In this document: positions 35,865 to 48,600 of the stretch, in pieces | How positions within the stretch are numbered: the first letter of the stretch is position 1 | Layout: every line of letters starts with the position of its first letter | Origin: Candidatus Omnitrophota bacterium | Lineage (GTDB): Bacteria; Omnitrophota; Gorgyraeia; Gygaellales; Profunditerraquicolaceae | Reading direction: 5' to 3' | Length of the DNA: 57,861 bases | NCBI GenBank assembly: GCA_041650795.1 | Contig: JBAZKK010000005.1 | Span: 1 to 57,861 of the forward strand | Program-made: the position numbers and the translations under genes | Notes under the pieces: model-generated | Seen by the model: only the letters and a program-made list of their open reading frames with translations | Told to the model about the DNA's origin: nothing | Database searches by the model: none

Positions 35865-36191
35865 CTATTGATGTTCCTCCAGCCACAAGACACGCGCCAA
35901 ACCCATAAGTTCTGCTCTATCCAGACGCACGCCGATACGCTTGTTACCGATGCCGGGATTGGCGCCTGCCCACATTACCCTACCGCGGGTATAAAGCGGC
36001 TCGTGCTTGTCAGGTATATTCAGCCACATCTCCAGAGGGGTCCTATTTGTCAATTCCTGGTTAGTTACAAAACCCACGCCGTTGGCGCTGATATCAGTCG
36101 TTTCTCCCACGCCTTCGCTGCCGTCAACCGGATTTAAAAAACGCACGGGCAGCCGGGTATTTATCCGGGCGAATACTCTATTGTCTTCCAT
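35865..36191 (-). CDS. Single-domain PilZ protein (putative c-di-GMP receptor)
   Basis: RxxxR (RVFAR) and DxSxxG (DISANG); strong RBS AGGAGG. Confidence 0.88.
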   Translation of the reverse strand: MEDNRVFARINTRLPVRFLNPVDGSEGVGETTDISANGVGFVTNQELTNRTPLEMWLNIPDKHEPLYTRGRVMWAGANPGIGNKRIGVRLDRAELMGLARVLWLEEHQ

Positions 36192-36251
36192 ATCTTCACC
36201 TCCTTCCTATGAGTATTTTTGCTCCGTGGCTGATTTTTATCTACGGTAGTT

Positions 36252-36270
36252 ATTATAGCACAATTTGCTA
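36252..36270 (-). promoter_or_regulatory. Extended -10 promoter overlapping a TAGCA-N5-TGCTA palindrome
   Basis: Minus strand TGCTATAAT, AT-rich upstream, no clear -35. Inverted repeat tagcacaatttgcta at 36256-36270. Confidence 0.5.
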
Positions 36271-36303
36271 TTTTGGCTACTATTTTATTTTATTAAAAAA
36301 TAC

Positions 36304-36642
36304 TTATGCAAAGGGTTGATTTAACCTTAAAACCCTCGAAAAACCCATTAGTTCCGGCCTCGCCAACTCTACTCCGATGCGGTATCTGCCGTCAAACAAG
36401 GGCCTGGACCACGCCACCGAACCTTGGGTGTAAAGGTCAGCAAAACCATCCGGAATATCCAGCCATATCCCCAAAGAAGTGCGGGGCTTCAAGGGTTCGC
36501 TGCTGATAAACCCCACCCCCTTGGCGCTGACATCGCAGGCCTGCCCATGCCCAACCTTGTTTGCATCCAGGTCCATGAAGCGCAGGGGCAAATCTGTAGC
36601 GATGCGCTCAAACAGCCTCTTATCCTTTACCAATATCCTCAT
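36304..36642 (-). CDS. Single-domain PilZ protein (paralog of 35865-36191)
   Basis: RLFER and DVSAKG motifs; shares ...ELMG[LF][AS]RVL C-terminus with its neighbour. Start set at ATG 36642, 8 nt after AGGAGG. Confidence 0.88.
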   Translation of the reverse strand: MRILVKDKRLFERIATDLPLRFMDLDANKVGHGQACDVSAKGVGFISSEPLKPRTSLGIWLDIPDGFADLYTQGSVAWSRPLFDGRYRIGVELARPELMGFSRVLRLNQPFA

Positions 36643-36679
36643 CCATGCCACCTCCTTTTTCCTTTCTCCGTGGCTGTTT

Positions 36680-39600
36680 TTAAGATACTGTCGCGTTACC
36701 TGCCATTCTATTCAGTAACTCGGACATTTTAATGCTGTCTCTCGCGCTATCCAGAACCGCGGCTGCATCAAAACTGGGATGATGCCACTCTGAACCGCTA
36801 TTAACCTTAAGCACCTCGGCTCCGGCTCCGTTCTCGTTAAGAATGCCCTGGATTTCTTCTCTGGTCAGGGAGCCAATCGGAGCTACCAACATTGCGTATT
36901 GGTGTTTGTTATTATATTTAAAAAATACGGAAAATGTGGGGTCAATATACATCCACGGGCGATTATCCTGATACATTACTATAGCGTGATGCGGCCAAGG
37001 CGCGGGAGTAAAGCTTTTCACTTCAATATTTATAAATTCGATGCGCCTCGGCCCCTGGGATGAAATAACAAAGTCGTAACCGAGCCCATGCAACTCCTGC
37101 TGCAGCAGAAGCGCAAAAACCGTTGCGCCGTCGCAACAATCAATATTATTCCAACCATAGATCTCTTCCATGGCCTGGAGAAAACCTTGGCGATGGTCAG
37201 TATCGTCCGGACTCTCCATCTGTTTTATAAACTGCACCGCTTCATCCTGAAGCCGTCTATTGGATTGCTGGAAATCGGCTGGCTGCACAGAGAATGATTC
37301 TTGTTTTGCCGTACCGGTCGTAGCGGGAATTATCTCTTCCGGATGCGAAGCTGAGGCAGAAGCGGAAGGTGCCTTAAATCTTAACCCGGCGTAGAATTCC
37401 TTATATAAATTATATAATTTCTCGGCTTCTTGCTCTCCCATAACACCTATTACCTCGCTCTTTATTTGAGAAATAATTTTTGATCCCTCCAAGCCGACTG
37501 CTTCAGCTAACAGCAGCTGTAAAATAAGCGCAGATAAAATGACCGGGTGCTTCTTGACCAAACCAACTAATTCATCGTTTTTGAAATTAAGCCAATTTTC
37601 AAGAGCTATTTTTGCCCGAGGCTCAAGCCCCTCACGTACCTTTTCTCTTCCAAGTATCTCTATAGCAACCCGGTCGGCGATTAATTCTAATAAGTTATTG
37701 GTAAATCTCCCCTGGTCCTGCTGGCAACCTCCGTGATTAACAAAATCAAACTTATTCCATTCCAAATAAGGGTGCCTTTGCATATCCTGCCCTAAAGCCT
37801 CACGTTTAGAAATGACATCTAACAATTTATACAAATCGTCTGCGGGATCAAAAACAATGTGCCCAAGTTCATGGGCAAGATATAGCCGTAATTCTTCATC
37901 TGATAAATTAAACTTTTTACCGTCAAAGGAAGGAAGAAAATTCATAGCCATAAAGATGCCGGGGTCGGACGGACTCCCCATCAATGTTACTGCCATGTCT
38001 ATCTCTGGTTCCGGCTCATAAGAAAACCTGTGTACCTTCTTCAAATTTATGCCGAATTTACGCATCCCAGCATAAATTTCATTCAGATACACTCCAATCA
38101 ATCTATCCCAGTACAAGGTTTGAGCAAGTAATGCGATTAATCTTTCTTCTTTGCCTCTTGTAAATTCGAAGAATCCAGAGATATCGCTAAATCTGGTGTT
38201 GGTTAAATAACATCCCCAGAGGGCCAGGGCTTCGTAAAAATTATCTGAAGAAACCAGGGGATCCTTCCTTAAACTGCTAACAAATTCCTCGGCAATTGAA
38301 GTAGCTAACACCAAATAACCATCACCCTGTTTTTCTAAGGCATAGAGCTCGCTTCTGATGGGGTTACGGATGCCTATCTGGGTTGCCTGGCGGTGTGCTT
38401 GTTCGTGGGTTCTGATTTCGCTAAGGAGCGTGTCGGATTCTTTTTCGGTGAGGACTTGGTTCTTGATTATTTCATGGAGCAGTGACTGAAGCTCTTCTTC
38501 GCTGGTGCGGTCATTGGCAAGGGGATGGAAAAAGGCGTTGCACCTCTGCCTTGGGCTTGGAGAGCCTCTTGTGCCGTTTATCCCGGCTGTCTTCCACAAG
38601 GCTACCTTATAGCCTAATTCATATATTTCCTCATAATGCGCTGCCTGGGGTTTTCCGGCCAGCCTAAGGAATTTAGCAAATAGCCACTGGAAGGCGGAGA
38701 CGAAGTTGTGGTTTTTCCTTTCCTGCGCAAAAAGAGAAAGCTGTTCTGCCTTTTCTGGTTGACTTTCTTGCGGCGGCATCTTAGGGTTGATAGCAGCGGA
38801 CTTGTGTAAAGTGACCTTCCAGTCCTGGGGTTCTTCCTCAAACAGAACGTATTCCATGTCGTTAAGAAAACTCAAGGCTTTATCCTGGAACTGCCTCGAG
38901 ACCAAAAGAACATCCAATTCCTGCCTTTTGAACTGGAAGAATATAGGCAGGCGCGCTTCGGGCCTTAGATTAAAAATATTACCTATTCTATAACCTGGCT
39001 GCAAATCCTCTTCTAAAATAGCGGCGGTATCTGATATGTCTGCTACGATGACAAACGGCCCCGGTTTATATTTTTCGATCAACTCTAAAAGCCGGCTGAT
39101 CTTGACTATCTTAACGTGTTTTATCCCGTGTTCGGTTAACCAGGATAATGCCCTTTCCCCTGTGCCTGCCATGGCATTAATCAGGGTCTGGCTGGATTTA
39201 TTGCTTCCCCGCCCTGCTTTATCCCTTTGATATTTAAGATACTCTTCCAGGGGCTGGGGGCCTTTGGTCTGGATGTAATTTAATGCCCTCATGGCCTTGC
39301 GTAACAATGCCAGGCAGTAAGAAAGCTCTCCGGCAGGAACAAGCAAGACATACGGGTTATTGAGTTCTTTAGCTATATCTTGTGTCTCATTGATTAAACT
39401 CTCAATCCTCTCCAACCTTTTCTGGCTTATAGGAGCCGAATTGACAAACATCAGATTAACATCGTCTAAATCCAGAGTCTCTTTCAATTTCAGGTATTCT
39501 TGACGGCAATAATAGCTAAGGTCGCTTAAAAGATTATCCATGGCGCCCCCCAACTCCTCGAGCGCCTCCGAAACCAACCTCTTTAAAATACCTTTTATCT

Positions 39601-42600
39601 TTTCAATATTCTCCTGGGCTAATAAATCTTCCTCGCTATGCAAGGGAGCCTGCTGCGAGTTGAATGCCAGACCGAAAACAAATGGCAAGGCAAAACCCAA
39701 ACCATAAGTTCCATTTTTTAATAACGCGTAGCCCGCCAAACCGGAAAGGATTAAAGTAAATAACGAGCCAATGGCAAGGCTGATACCGCTTCTTCTCTGA
39801 ATCAAGCGTTCCAGCCCTTCATCCTTAGTACCCCTGCCTTCGAGCACATACCATAAGCCGGGGTTACCAGCGCGCCCTAAGATATCGTTTTCATTAACCT
39901 CGGGCCGGTAAAAAATAATGATATCTGCCTGATAACCGGCCGGCAGATTTCCGATTTCGCCTTTCTTGGTTGTCTGGGCAATAATCACGTTTTTATCAAA
40001 TTCTTCCTGCATATTTTTTGTGGTTGCCCTACCTTTTAAAACTCCGATTCCGATGCCCAACGGCCTCAGGGATCCTGTCAGGGCCGAGAGAATCTTATCC
40101 GCGCTAACAGACTCATAAGCCACGATTAATATCTTTAAACCCGGCAGGCGGGCATTATTCTTCACTAACCCTGGCACATTTCTAACTATCCAATCCAGCT
40201 TGGGATGCTCCAGAAGGTAACGCCCATCCTCCGCTGCGGTGTCGATGTCTCTCAATAAAGAGGCAACATTCTCTTTTATGGAATTAATCTGAGCGGAGTA
40301 CTTGGTAAAAATACGCCAGGAGGCAAAGAATCTTCTTGTCGCCAGCATTATCTCATCGTGTTCTTCTTCGTCGCCGCCTTTAAATGGCGCGATGAGGTTA
40401 TATTCTCCCCTGCGGTGCCTGCACTGTGCCTCTTCGGTAAATATCTGCCTTACCTTCTTGGGGTTTATGGGTGAAGTTAAAAACTCAGCCTCCAGCCTTG
40501 CATCAATCTTATCATCATTAGACAGGTATCTTGACAACTCCTGCCAGGACAAGCCTAAATAAGCGCCAACTACCCTCCTTACCGCCTCTTCCTTTCTCTC
40601 CAGGTAGTCCTTTAACTCCGTCACCCCAGACTGCTCAAGGTGCTCCAGCGCCAGGTAAATTATCCACAGGAAGCTTACATCCGCTAAAGCATTCTGCCTG
40701 CGGCGATAATCCTGGGATATATTCTCTCTTATAAAACTCTTCATCTGTTGGTGGCGGCTAAAGCTCATCTTCTCGCGGTGCTCTTTAAGATAATCCAAGA
40801 CCTCGGGAGTCAGAGGATGCTGCATCCGGCCGGGGCGGTAATACGGGGCGTATCTCTTAAGAGCCTCCAGCCCATCACAATACATTTCCTCCAAAGCATC
40901 CAAAATATTCTGCCAACGTGAATCAGCAGGCAAAGAGAGGAGTTTTACTATCCTGCCTGTATCGGAGTCCTCCAAACCGCGGGTTTTTCTTTCCAGCCGA
41001 AGGCATTCCTTTTCTGCTGCCTTACGGAAAATATTACCCTGTCCTTCAACCTTGAAAAATCTTCTTGCGTCAACGTATTCGGATATGCCGTCGTTCCACT
41101 GCGCTTCATTACAAATACAAAGGCACCCGTCGGCATTCAGAAAGGGGTAGATTTTATCAATAAATTCCGGCAGGCGTCTCAGAGGAATCCACAGTTTTAT
41201 AACGTTGTTTAAGGCAATAAAATCCACCTTACCGTCAAAAGGCAGAGGTTCCCCGCTCATAAAATTGTAGCATTGGAATATTTTCTCCCTAAAACGGATA
41301 TCATCTTTATCTCCGAATATGACTTTAAAATTCTTAATCTCTTCATCCAGGCCGGGCTTCTCCCCGAAAAAATGCGCTATGGCCTTCTGGTAGGTTCGGG
41401 CTCTGGCAGCCTTGATATCCGTAGCGTCTAAATCCGTAGCAATAATTTCAAAATCATCCCCGCTTAACCCCTGCTTTATAGCTTCAGCCGCAAAATGATA
41501 GGCCTCTTCACCGCTGGCAGAGGCCGCGAACCAAATCCTGATTTTATCTTTGCGCCCTGCCTCTTTCATTCTGTAGATTTCCTGAACTATAAATCCTACC
41601 TGGCTTTTGACCTCTTCGCGCTCAAAAGAGGTATAGCTGACATCCACCACGTTATCCAGAAAATCCAGAAACCCTTTATCCTGGATAAGGAGTTTCTCAA
41701 GGACGCTGACAAAAGGCGCTCCCTCGTGGATAAACCACTCATCCGTATAGTTGTGGCGGATGGCCTCGACGTTTCTTAAATTACGGTCGCTTCTGCCGTA
41801 TATCAATATGCCGGTCTTGATATATACATACCTAAAGACCATCTTAAACATCAGGCGGTCAAACAGCTTGAACGCGATAGGGATTAACTTTTCTTTAATA
41901 TCGGCATATGTAGCTTCGCCGCCTAAGCCCTTTGCAACATTAATAATCGCTCTTTTCAAACGCAAGTTATTAAACACGGCCTCGGCAAGCTGTTCTGATA
42001 TCAAACCCAAAGGCCATAAAAGAAAATACGTCGCCGCAAAACGCAGGTTAAATATGGCACAAGAAGCAAAAGACGTTTTAGTGCCGATTCTACACGATAC
42101 CTGCTCTTCCAGCGCCGCGCACTTTTCATGCGGATAGCCTGATATAGCCGCAGTTTCATGAAGGATAGTCTTAGTTAATTCAGGGAGGTTATTCAGGAAG
42201 GCTGGATTGATGACAATGTAGCCGCGGTAGTTAAAGCCGTATAGCCGTATGCCGAAGAAAAACAAAAAGCTAAAGAGCCACTTTGGTCCAGCACGAATAA
42301 GTCCTTTTGCAGCTATTTCCTCTGATAATCTCTCAAGGCCATTTTCCCCTGCCTGTCTTAAGGCCTGGGCGGCTGCCTGGGTTGCCTTGTGGTTATCTGC
42401 CCCCCCAAAACCTCTGGAGAAATTATCGGATAACTTATATACTAGAGAGGTAACTGCATTCAATACCGACTTCTGCCAAGGAGGCAATTCTTTACCGTTC
42501 ATAGTGCGGGTGGAATCCGTAATCCCAGTTGCCGCAGCATTATTCAACGATTCGGAATACGGAACTGTCGTGCCTTCTTCTCCCTCTATACCGTCAAAAG

Positions 42601-45600
42601 AAGAATTAAGCATAAGGTCGCTCAACGCCTCTTCCTGCATCTTTAATAATTCATCATAGGTAACTACTGATATGCCTTTAGAATTGACATATTCTACTAT
42701 CTGCCTGAAAACATCTAAATCGAGCTCAGTGTAAACACTGGGCTGGCCTGGAGTAAATTTATGGAACAAGAGCCCTAAGGTGGCGTTGTTAGCAGCTGCT
42801 TTGTCTATCTGAGAGATTGTTTCAGCTAAGGTATCATTTGTTGCCGCATTACCATACGCATCTACTTGTTCAGGAACAAAAACATATAACTTATAAGGAT
42901 TAAAAGGAAACTGATAGCGTCTTATCTCATCGTTTGTTTCAATTTGATGAGAGGTAAAATGGTTATAAATCATCTCCAGGGTATCCTGGTCATATCTAAA
43001 ACGCGGGGAGGTATATGAATCAGCAACAAAACCCAGCATCCTTAATGTATTGGCGTTGCCAAAAGTCTCGTAGAATTTGACGTAATAGGGCTCATTTGGC
43101 ATATCGTCGACCCCGGAATGGGTCCCTATCTGGTTACCTTTAGCAGCCAGCTCCCGGATATCCTGCAGGCTCATATAACTGGCTGTCTGGTCATTGCCTT
43201 TGGCCATTTCATCCCAAATGGCAGATGGAATAATATTGTAAACCCCGCGATAACCGTATTGTTCCAATATATCGGTTGCCTCTAACGCCGATCTCCATCC
43301 GTCGTCAAAACGGAATACAATATGCGGCTTATTCAATAAGTCCGCGGCAACTGAATCAATCACTCTGGAAAAACGCACTCCATCAACGTACACATTCAAT
43401 GTTCCGTTATATCTTTGGGCCTTAATTGATATGCTTATAAACCCCACCTTCTGGCTGGAAGGAGAGTATTGCCGGGTAATATAATCTATGCCCTTAGAAG
43501 ATAATAACGCATAAGGCAATCTATTCAAATGACTCATGTTATTATCGTATTCATCTATAAACAAAATAATCCCTCCGTCATCAAGAGTCTCGGCGTTAAT
43601 CATAGCTTGCAATACATAAGTATTTCCGGAATCGACGTGGATTAAATCAGAATGCGCTTCTCCGGACGTTGTAATACGCAGGGAATTTTTCGCTGAAGGG
43701 GCTACCCCGTGATTATTATAATCTATACTCCAGCCTTCTAACGGTAATGTCCATCCCGCAGAGGCATTGCTTTTATTGTTAAGATAATCATTGATACTCT
43801 CAAATTTTCTTTCTCCTTTGGAATAAGCATAATATTCAATATTAGTTACAATATCTGCGGAGATTCGCTTGCTTGGCAAAAACAACATGAAAAACGAAGA
43901 TAAAAACAACGGCAATACAATCAAACCGGCATAAAAAACTCTACGTAAATAACCGATCTTATTATCTGCGGGAAAATGCTGCTTCTTGCTTTTAACGGGC
44001 TTGGCGGATGCTGAAGCCTTCGGCGAAACCGACCTGGTGGACCAGCCGTTATGCCCTAATGTCAAAAAAGCATAATAGTTGAGCGGGCCCAAGACCAGAA
44101 TATAGAGATACATATAAGCCACCCCGTAAATAAAATCTGATTTGCCTTTCTTAGCGAGATAATAAAGCGAACAAAGAAACGGCACAAAAGATACTCCCAG
44201 AATATACGACCAGGCCATCGCTCCATTGACCAGGGTATTCCAGATCAAAGCATAGAAAATAACTGCCGGTGAGAAAAGTGAAATAAATACCGATAAGTAA
44301 TAAGGAACAGATACGGCAGGATTTTTCTTCCACATAAAGCGACTGGCTACGGTCAGGGATTCTCTCCCCCAGGACCTCTTCCAACGCAACTGCTGCTTAA
44401 AATATTGCCTGAATGTCTCCGGAACGATAGTTGTCGCCTTGGCCTCGGAATGATAAATTACTTTCTTGCCTTCTCTCAATGTAAGATTGGTAAGGTTGCG
44501 GTCGTCGCCAAATGTGCATTTCTTACCGTGGAATTTCTGGTTTTCAAAATCAGGCAATATATCCAGGAGGTATTCGCGCCGATAAGCTGAGAAACACCCC
44601 GGGCAGCAGGATACCGCCCCAAAGACGCTCTCCGCCGCTTTAAATATTCTAAACATCACATAATACCAGACCTCCTGCATGCGGGTTAAACCATTCTTAT
44701 CCCAATTCACCACCTCGGTATGACCGGCAACCGCTCCTATCCTTTTATCTATCAAAGGTTGCACTATTTTATAAAGAGAGCCTTCTTCCAGGCGGCTATC
44801 CGAATCCACAAATACCATAATCTCACCCTTAGCCTGCCTAATCGCGGTCCCCATGGCTTGCCTCTTGCCGTGATTGATATGGAAGTTAATCACCCTGACA
44901 TTCCTATAAGGCCTGGCTGTTTCTTCAATAACTTTTAAGGTATTATCGCGAGAGCCGTCATTTACTACAATAACCTCAAGTTTATCCGCAGGATAACCGG
45001 TGTTAAGACAACTGGTGATGGTTTCCCTGACGCTTTCTCCTTCATTGTAAGCAGGGATAGCCACGGTTACGGAAGGATAATAATTTGCTGGCTTGGGAGC
45101 GCGATAGAAAAAAGATGTAATTATGCGGCTAAAAACATAGACTACCGTAATAATGCCGTAATTTTTAAATAACCAGGGGAGAGTGGAATGCTGGACAGAA
45201 GTATACTTAAGATAAACTATTGCTAAAAATACAGCCCCTGCTACAATTACACCGGCCAGGGTGGAAAATTTTAAAGGGCCTTTTTGGGAAACTTCATTTG
45301 TAGCTGAAGGGCTTGGTATATCAAGAGTATTTTTTTGTTGAATTCTAAGCCTTAATTTAAGGGATGGCTTTTTATTGGCAAATACCGCAGCTGCAATTTC
45401 ATAAGCCAAGGACCTGTTTTCTCCTTCGCTTGCCCCTTCTGGAATAATAATATAGGCGTCTCCATTTCGGCGGCAACGCACAATGCCTTTTGACCACGAC
45501 GGCGGAGCGCGCACAAAATTTATCTTACCTAACTTGACCGGCCTTACGGTAATCTTTAATTTTTCCAAATAAGCTACCGCCTGCTTGATTTCCGGAGACT

Positions 45601-48600
45601 CAACATTGATCTTTTCCCAATCCTTAAGCAGGCCGTGCCGCAGCTGAGCCAGGTTTACCGCTCTGTTTACCGCTTGCTTAGGCGATCTGTTGGCTTCGAC
45701 AAAATGATGCAGCGATAACCCGCGCACAAGCGAGGTCAACTCTTTATCCTGATTTTCAAATAGCTCCTCCTGCAATACCCTTAACAGATAATGCGGGCTG
45801 CTCTGCCAACCCGGTTTCCAATTCTCTGCGCGGATAAATCTGATGGTACGGCTGCTTAAATTAATACGGGCTTCTTCTCTTTGGATGCCCACTTTAAGAA
45901 CCCTGTTTTTCAGCTCCATTCTCAATGCGCCTGTCTGCGCCAGATGCTCGCCTATTTCATGGAAGATGGCAAGGGGGTTATTTAGGACGGCTTGTTGTAC
46001 CGCAATGAGTTGCGGCTCAGCCATGCTAAAACCGAAAAGGTCTCCTAAAATACCGGAGAAGGTGTAGAACCTAGGGGGGGATTTCTCTAAATTCTCCAGA
46101 AAAGCCTCAAGTATATAATTCCCCTCATTGTTTTCATCGTTGAACAAACCTTCCAATGACCACCGGAAGGCCTTATTGCTGCTTCTGACAAGTTTTAATT
46201 CTCCCAACTCGTTGCCGCTCTTTACGCTTATTACCTTCGCAATCCTCCTGCCTTCTTCCTCTTCGCTTACCGTATTTACCGCAGCTAACTTGCCTATCTG
46301 GCCAGTTGTCTTTTGCTTGTCAACAAAAAGCACCATGGCCTTGCCCCTTTTTACATTTAACCCCGCCTCCTCTAAGGCTGCCGGGGCTTTTACCCAAGAC
46401 ATTGAAACTGCCGGAAGAGATAACTCTTCGGTCAATAAGTCTTTTACTAAATCATACCCCACAGAAAACATCATTATGGTGTTTTCATCTGTCGCCACAG
46501 AGTAAAATTCTTCCCCGACATCAATAAGGTCTAATCCTGAAATAACCGAACCGTCGGAAATAACCTCTACCTTGTTTTCATCCAGGAATTTTCCTAAGAA
46601 TGACGGCTGCCTTACTTCGTATCTATCAAGTAATTTCTTTAAGTCCTCTAAATCATAGTTATCATCGATGGGCTTGGCATTTGCGGCAATCACCACTTTA
46701 TAGCCGAGCTTCAGAACCTCCCGTATTAAGACTAAACAATACAGCACCTCTCCGGAGTTATCAACGTTAAAGAGCACGGTTTTATTGATTCTTTCCTTTT
46801 TGGGCACTTTCAGGAGGCGTTCGGCAACTTCCTGGGCCTGGTCAAGCGCAAAGTATCCTTTATCATCGATCATATTCAAAACCCCGTTGACAGTCTCACC
46901 ATAATGAATATTCTGTAAAACAGTATTGAACTTCCTTGGCGCAAGGCTAAGTTCATCGTGAAATGATTCCGGACGCCGGCGGTCAAAGAAGTTGAGGTTG
47001 GCTAAAGCTACTGTTTTCATCGCCAGGCTTAGGCGCTGATAGGCGTTTGGCGAAGAATCCAAAAGCCTGATTAAGTCCAGGCTTAGGGGAAGGGCATCCT
47101 CATCTGATTCTCTCTTAACCAGCTCAAAAGGCGACTCGGCATAAACCCAAACAATCTGCCAGAGTAACGCCTGAACTTCATAAAAGGTGAGCCCGTCTAC
47201 CCAATGGCTTTCCATAAGGGTCTCCACGGCAGCCCAAACCTTAAACATAAATTCAGCGGTAAACCGCCTGTCATCGTGCAGTTCAATAAATAAATCCCTT
47301 GCCGCAGAAATACTCTCCATAATATGGTTACCCAAGACAGTTACCGCGTCCTCGTGCCTGGATTTGATCTCGCCGAACGTCAAGGGGAGCTGCTTTCTTT
47401 TTCCTCCGGCAATAAGGCTATAGCGGTTTATTGCCCTAAGTGGCTTAAATCTTAAAGCCAATATGCCGTTTGCACCTTTTTTCAATTCATGGTCGCTAAT
47501 AACGCCCGTTAATTTTATCTTCTGGTCTGAAGTAACTATGTTAGAATAAGGCCGGATTATCTCATCTTCTAAAAGCCCGGCGTCATCGATTTCGCTCCCC
47601 TCATAAAACAGGCAGTTTATGGCTCTAAGCCTGGAGAGCTTGGCATTAGTCCCTACATAGGTATTACGCAAGGAAACTACGGGGCCCAGCACCGCTTCTT
47701 TCCTGACCCTGCTCTTGCCTAATATATTCACATAGGAGTGCACCACCGCGCCCGGCTCTACCTTGGCCTCCTCAGAGACATAAATTGTTGACGGCTCGCC
47801 CCTGATTACAACCCCGCTTTTGATAAGCCTGGCGTATAGGGGTTTGTTTACCGATAATGACGAAACCCCGTCCTTGTTTAGTTCATTGGATGGTTCAATG
47901 CCTATCTCGCGGAGGCCAAAACGCATTTCTTCTCTCCCCATAGCAACGCTCTTCCTGCCCACTACCAACTGCCCGTCTTCTATTGCTGAACCGATAATGA
48001 TTGAATCGGCAATATAACAATCCTTACCGATTGCCGCTCCTCTTCTTATAATAGTTTGATCTTCTGCGCTAATCCTGGCGTTATCCCCTATTTTAACCTT
48101 GCCCAAATAAATCAACCCCTCTGAAGCATCCAGGATTACGTTTTTGCCGAAACACCGCGGGAATTCTTCGGTCAAATGCTTAAATTCTTCAGCATAAATA
48201 TAGATATTAGCCGCGTCGTTAATAATTATGTTTTTGCCGCTGGCGTATAAGCCGGACAAAAGAACCGCATGGTCCTTAAGACAGACTATTTCCCCTGACA
48301 TATCAACTTCTTTAGCCAGAATATTATCAATATCAAGCGGCGCGTTTACCAATAGCATCGCCGAATGCTTGGGTATCCCTTTAAATTCTTCAATCTTCTC
48401 CGGGTTTTTGGCCATTAAAATATGAATAAAAGGCTTGCGGCTCTGCATCTGCCATAGGCTTTCAGCATTGCCTTGGCCCATAGCAACAACGCAAAAAGTA
48501 CTCTTATCCTTAAATTCCCTAAGGAAGCTGCCGCTTAATTTGGCAGCCGGAGTTGCGAACATCCTTGAACCGGAAGAAATCACCTTGAGGCGCACCTCTG

